Origin: Paludibacter sp.
Lineage (GTDB): Bacteria; Bacteroidota; Bacteroidia; Bacteroidales; Paludibacteraceae
Assembly: GCA_028710895.1 (NCBI GenBank)
Contig: JAQTTH010000002.1
Coordinates: 299,605-323,604, forward strand
Reading direction: 5' to 3'
DNA: 24,000 nt
The notes under the pieces were generated by a model. The model saw only the letters and a list, made by a program, of their open reading frames with translations. It was not told where the DNA came from and ran no database searches. Shown in pieces: positions 22,419 through 24,000 of the stretch (position 1 is its first letter; every line of letters starts with the position of its first letter). Both the position numbers and the translations under genes were made by a program.

Positions 22419-23513
22419 TTAGACGTTTTTTTTCTTTGAAATGGTAATAATTTGTTCTATATCTTTATACATTTTACCGGATTCGTAAATTTTACGCGTA
22501 GGCTTCACATATGTTTGAGTACAGAATGCTGTTTTTATTGTGGTTGAATTACTCTCTCCGCATAGATGTTGGATGATATTTGAAAGCAGGGTGTCTGATC
22601 CTTTCCACTTTAAAGGTTCGGGAATTCGAACACACTTTCGATTAAACCAGTAAAGCCAGATTTCTATGTTTGGCTTTTCCAACTTCTTTTTCTTATAAAG
22701 GTGATGCATGATATTAATTAAACACTCGTTAGAAAGTGTTGATTGAAATTTGGAGGATACTTGAGTTCCTGATTGATCTCCTTCCGGTAAAGAAATATAG
22801 GCGGTACCGATAGAAGTAGTCCCCCAATCCTTTTTACTCAAAGATTCATCTTTAGAAGAGTCAAAGATATATAAATTACGTTTCTGCATACGAGCTAGTT
22901 CTATAAGATCTACTTCGAAACAACAAAACAAATCAATCAATTTATCAATGAAATCTAAGTGGTTAATCAATCTGACAGATAGATCATAATCTGTAAATGC
23001 TGTTGAAAGATCTTTATTCTCAATCGAAAATTCAGCTATACTTCTACGGTCAAGAATAATCTCAAAAGCTTCTTTGTATTGCCTGTTACTTTCAGACTTT
23101 TCAAATTTCAGTTTGTGTACGTGACTTTTATCAAAGTCTCGCAATAAAACCTTTGCGTATGCAATTTGTGCTGCTTTAGTTTTTAGAACAAACAAATTAG
23201 ATTCAACTTCACAGATTACTTGTTTGTACAATTCAATATGATTCGAAAAGGTGTCTTGATTTAATTGATCTAAAAATTTATTAACCCATGTAAGATGATT
23301 AAAACGAAAATTATCAGTAAAATTAGTATAGTTCTCTTTGGTTGTCGTATGTATATACTTGTATGGCCCATAGGATATAATTAATTCTTTGAGTAAAGAA
23401 CTGTCTAACTGGTTGGTTTCAACATCAAATGCTTTAATCCAGGACAAATACAAAGACTCGGTAAGTAAATCAAAATCTGCAAGATAAATGTTTGTCAATT
23501 CGCGTTTAATCAT
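22419..23513 (-). CDS. Hypothetical protein, 364 aa, no family recognised (possibly distantly RteC-like at the C-terminus)
   Basis: A long ORF with an ATG start and its own terminator. There is no signal peptide and no TM segment. PLKWKGSDTLLSNIIQHL is only reminiscent of the C-terminal segment of RteC-family regulators of Bacteroidetes mobile elements. Confidence 0.55.
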   Translation of the reverse strand: MIKRELTNIYLADFDLLTESLYLSWIKAFDVETNQLDSSLLKELIISYGPYKYIHTTTKENYTNFTDNFRFNHLTWVNKFLDQLNQDTFSNHIELYKQVICEVESNLFVLKTKAAQIAYAKVLLRDFDKSHVHKLKFEKSESNRQYKEAFEIILDRRSIAEFSIENKDLSTAFTDYDLSVRLINHLDFIDKLIDLFCCFEVDLIELARMQKRNLYIFDSSKDESLSKKDWGTTSIGTAYISLPEGDQSGTQVSSKFQSTLSNECLINIMHHLYKKKKLEKPNIEIWLYWFNRKCVRIPEPLKWKGSDTLLSNIIQHLCGESNSTTIKTAFCTQTYVKPTRKIYESGKMYKDIEQIITISKKKNV

Positions 23514-23629
23514 AAATTTTCAAAATAATAGAGTTAGATAATGTGGAGAGATAAAACAAAAAATGACATGAGTTATCATGCCATTTAGAGAGATATTAAC
23601 GTATCAACTATATTTTTATTATGTGAAAA

Positions 23630-24000
23630 TTACAAAACTTTTGCAGCTTCGTCGATTTCTGTATTTGCGAAACTATCCAGATAGGTGTTTGTTGTTTTCA
23701 TGTCTTTGTGATCCATAATCTGTGAGATTAATTCACGCTTAACACCATTGTTTTGTAAAGTCATTGCCATAGTGTGACGGCTGACATACGAAGTTATATT
23801 GATATCAGCAATGCCGAGTTCTTTAGCCATCTCTTCGAGGTTGTCATTTATTACAGTCAATCTGTTATGAATGTGTTTGTATAATTTCTCTCCGGTATAT
23901 CCCTTTTTGGATACGATTGGCAATAGATAGTTTTCAATAGGTTTTTGCAGACTGCAAAGCTCATTTATGATCGTTTGCAGTTCTTCTGTGAGCTTTACAC
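23630..24000 (-). CDS. Tyrosine recombinase / site-specific integrase, C-terminal part only (N-terminus beyond the window)
   Basis: The frame is open upstream of the track's TTG at 23923 all the way to position 24000 (VKLTEELQTIINELCSLQKPIENYLLPIV...). The catalytic box II reads SYVSRHTMAMTL...IMDHKDMKTTNTYL (R-H...H...Y). Confidence 0.85.
   Translation of the reverse strand, partial: VKLTEELQTIINELCSLQKPIENYLLPIVSKKGYTGEKLYKHIHNRLTVINDNLEEMAKELGIADINITSYVSRHTMAMTLQNNGVKRELISQIMDHKDMKTTNTYLDSFANTEIDEAAKVL

Larger units (their letters stand above)
17472..24000. mobile_element. Integrative (mobilizable/replicative-type) element, partial; left boundary not defined and right end beyond the window
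   Basis: The gene order is tyrosine integrase, orphan protein, two excisionase-type HTH genes, DUF3987 P-loop protein, primase-like protein, non-coding region, then Abi_2. This is the typical Bacteroidetes integrative-element backbone. Iteron-like repeat arrays are present. No att repeats could be defined because the integrase-proximal end is missing. Confidence 0.7.

Noticed and set aside
1-24000. CRISPR arrays, rRNA or tRNA genes, and long terminal inverted repeats of IS elements
   Set aside because: I found no regularly spaced direct repeats, no conserved rRNA or tRNA sequence blocks and no transposase-like ORF on either strand.

Overview
AT-rich window, coded almost entirely on the minus strand. 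It looks like a Bacteroidota chromosome segment: there are no Shine-Dalgarno-type leaders, TAnnTTTG-type boxes are present, and families such as DUF3987, MORN-variant lipoproteins and Bacteroidetes-type integrases occur. This taxonomic call is an inference. There are three blocks. (1) 1-14324 holds 16 co-directional, tightly packed genes, several with ATGA stop/start overlaps. The core is an organoarsenical (arsenosugar-type) biosynthesis set: ArsM methyltransferase, ArsS radical-SAM enzyme, an AhpD-like CxxC protein, DUF547, a secreted rhodanese, a DUF2064/CofC-like transferase, a MIP channel and a purine nucleoside phosphorylase. It is flanked upstream by two tandem clan-GH-A-like hydrolase paralogs. 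Downstream lie an FAD oxidoreductase, a membrane polyferredoxin, an outer-membrane barrel, a MORN lipoprotein and two GT2 glycosyltransferases. No arsR, arsC, arsB/acr3 or arsA gene is present. (2) 14345-17471 holds a small operon (NrtS-like, AhpD/CMD-like, fatty-acid hydroxylase), a divergent marR with a perfect 26-bp palindrome, and an ECF sigma / zinc anti-sigma pair. A motif that is exact at 19 positions, ATTTGTCAGGAAT-N12-CGACTA in minus sense, occurs three times: upstream of the 16-gene array, upstream of the small operon, and inside the sigma gene upstream of the anti-sigma gene. I read this as the promoter set of the local ECF sigma factor, placing the arsenic cluster in its regulon. 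(3) From about 17.5 kb to 24 kb lies the left part of an integrative element. It carries a tyrosine integrase (truncated by the window edge), an orphan 364-aa protein, two excisionase-type HTH proteins, a DUF3987 P-loop protein, a primase-like protein and an Abi_2 abortive-infection gene. It also has two arrays of short iteron-like repeats and a 380-bp structured non-coding region. I saw no rRNA, tRNA or CRISPR array. All family assignments come from reading motifs by eye and need HMM/BLAST confirmation.
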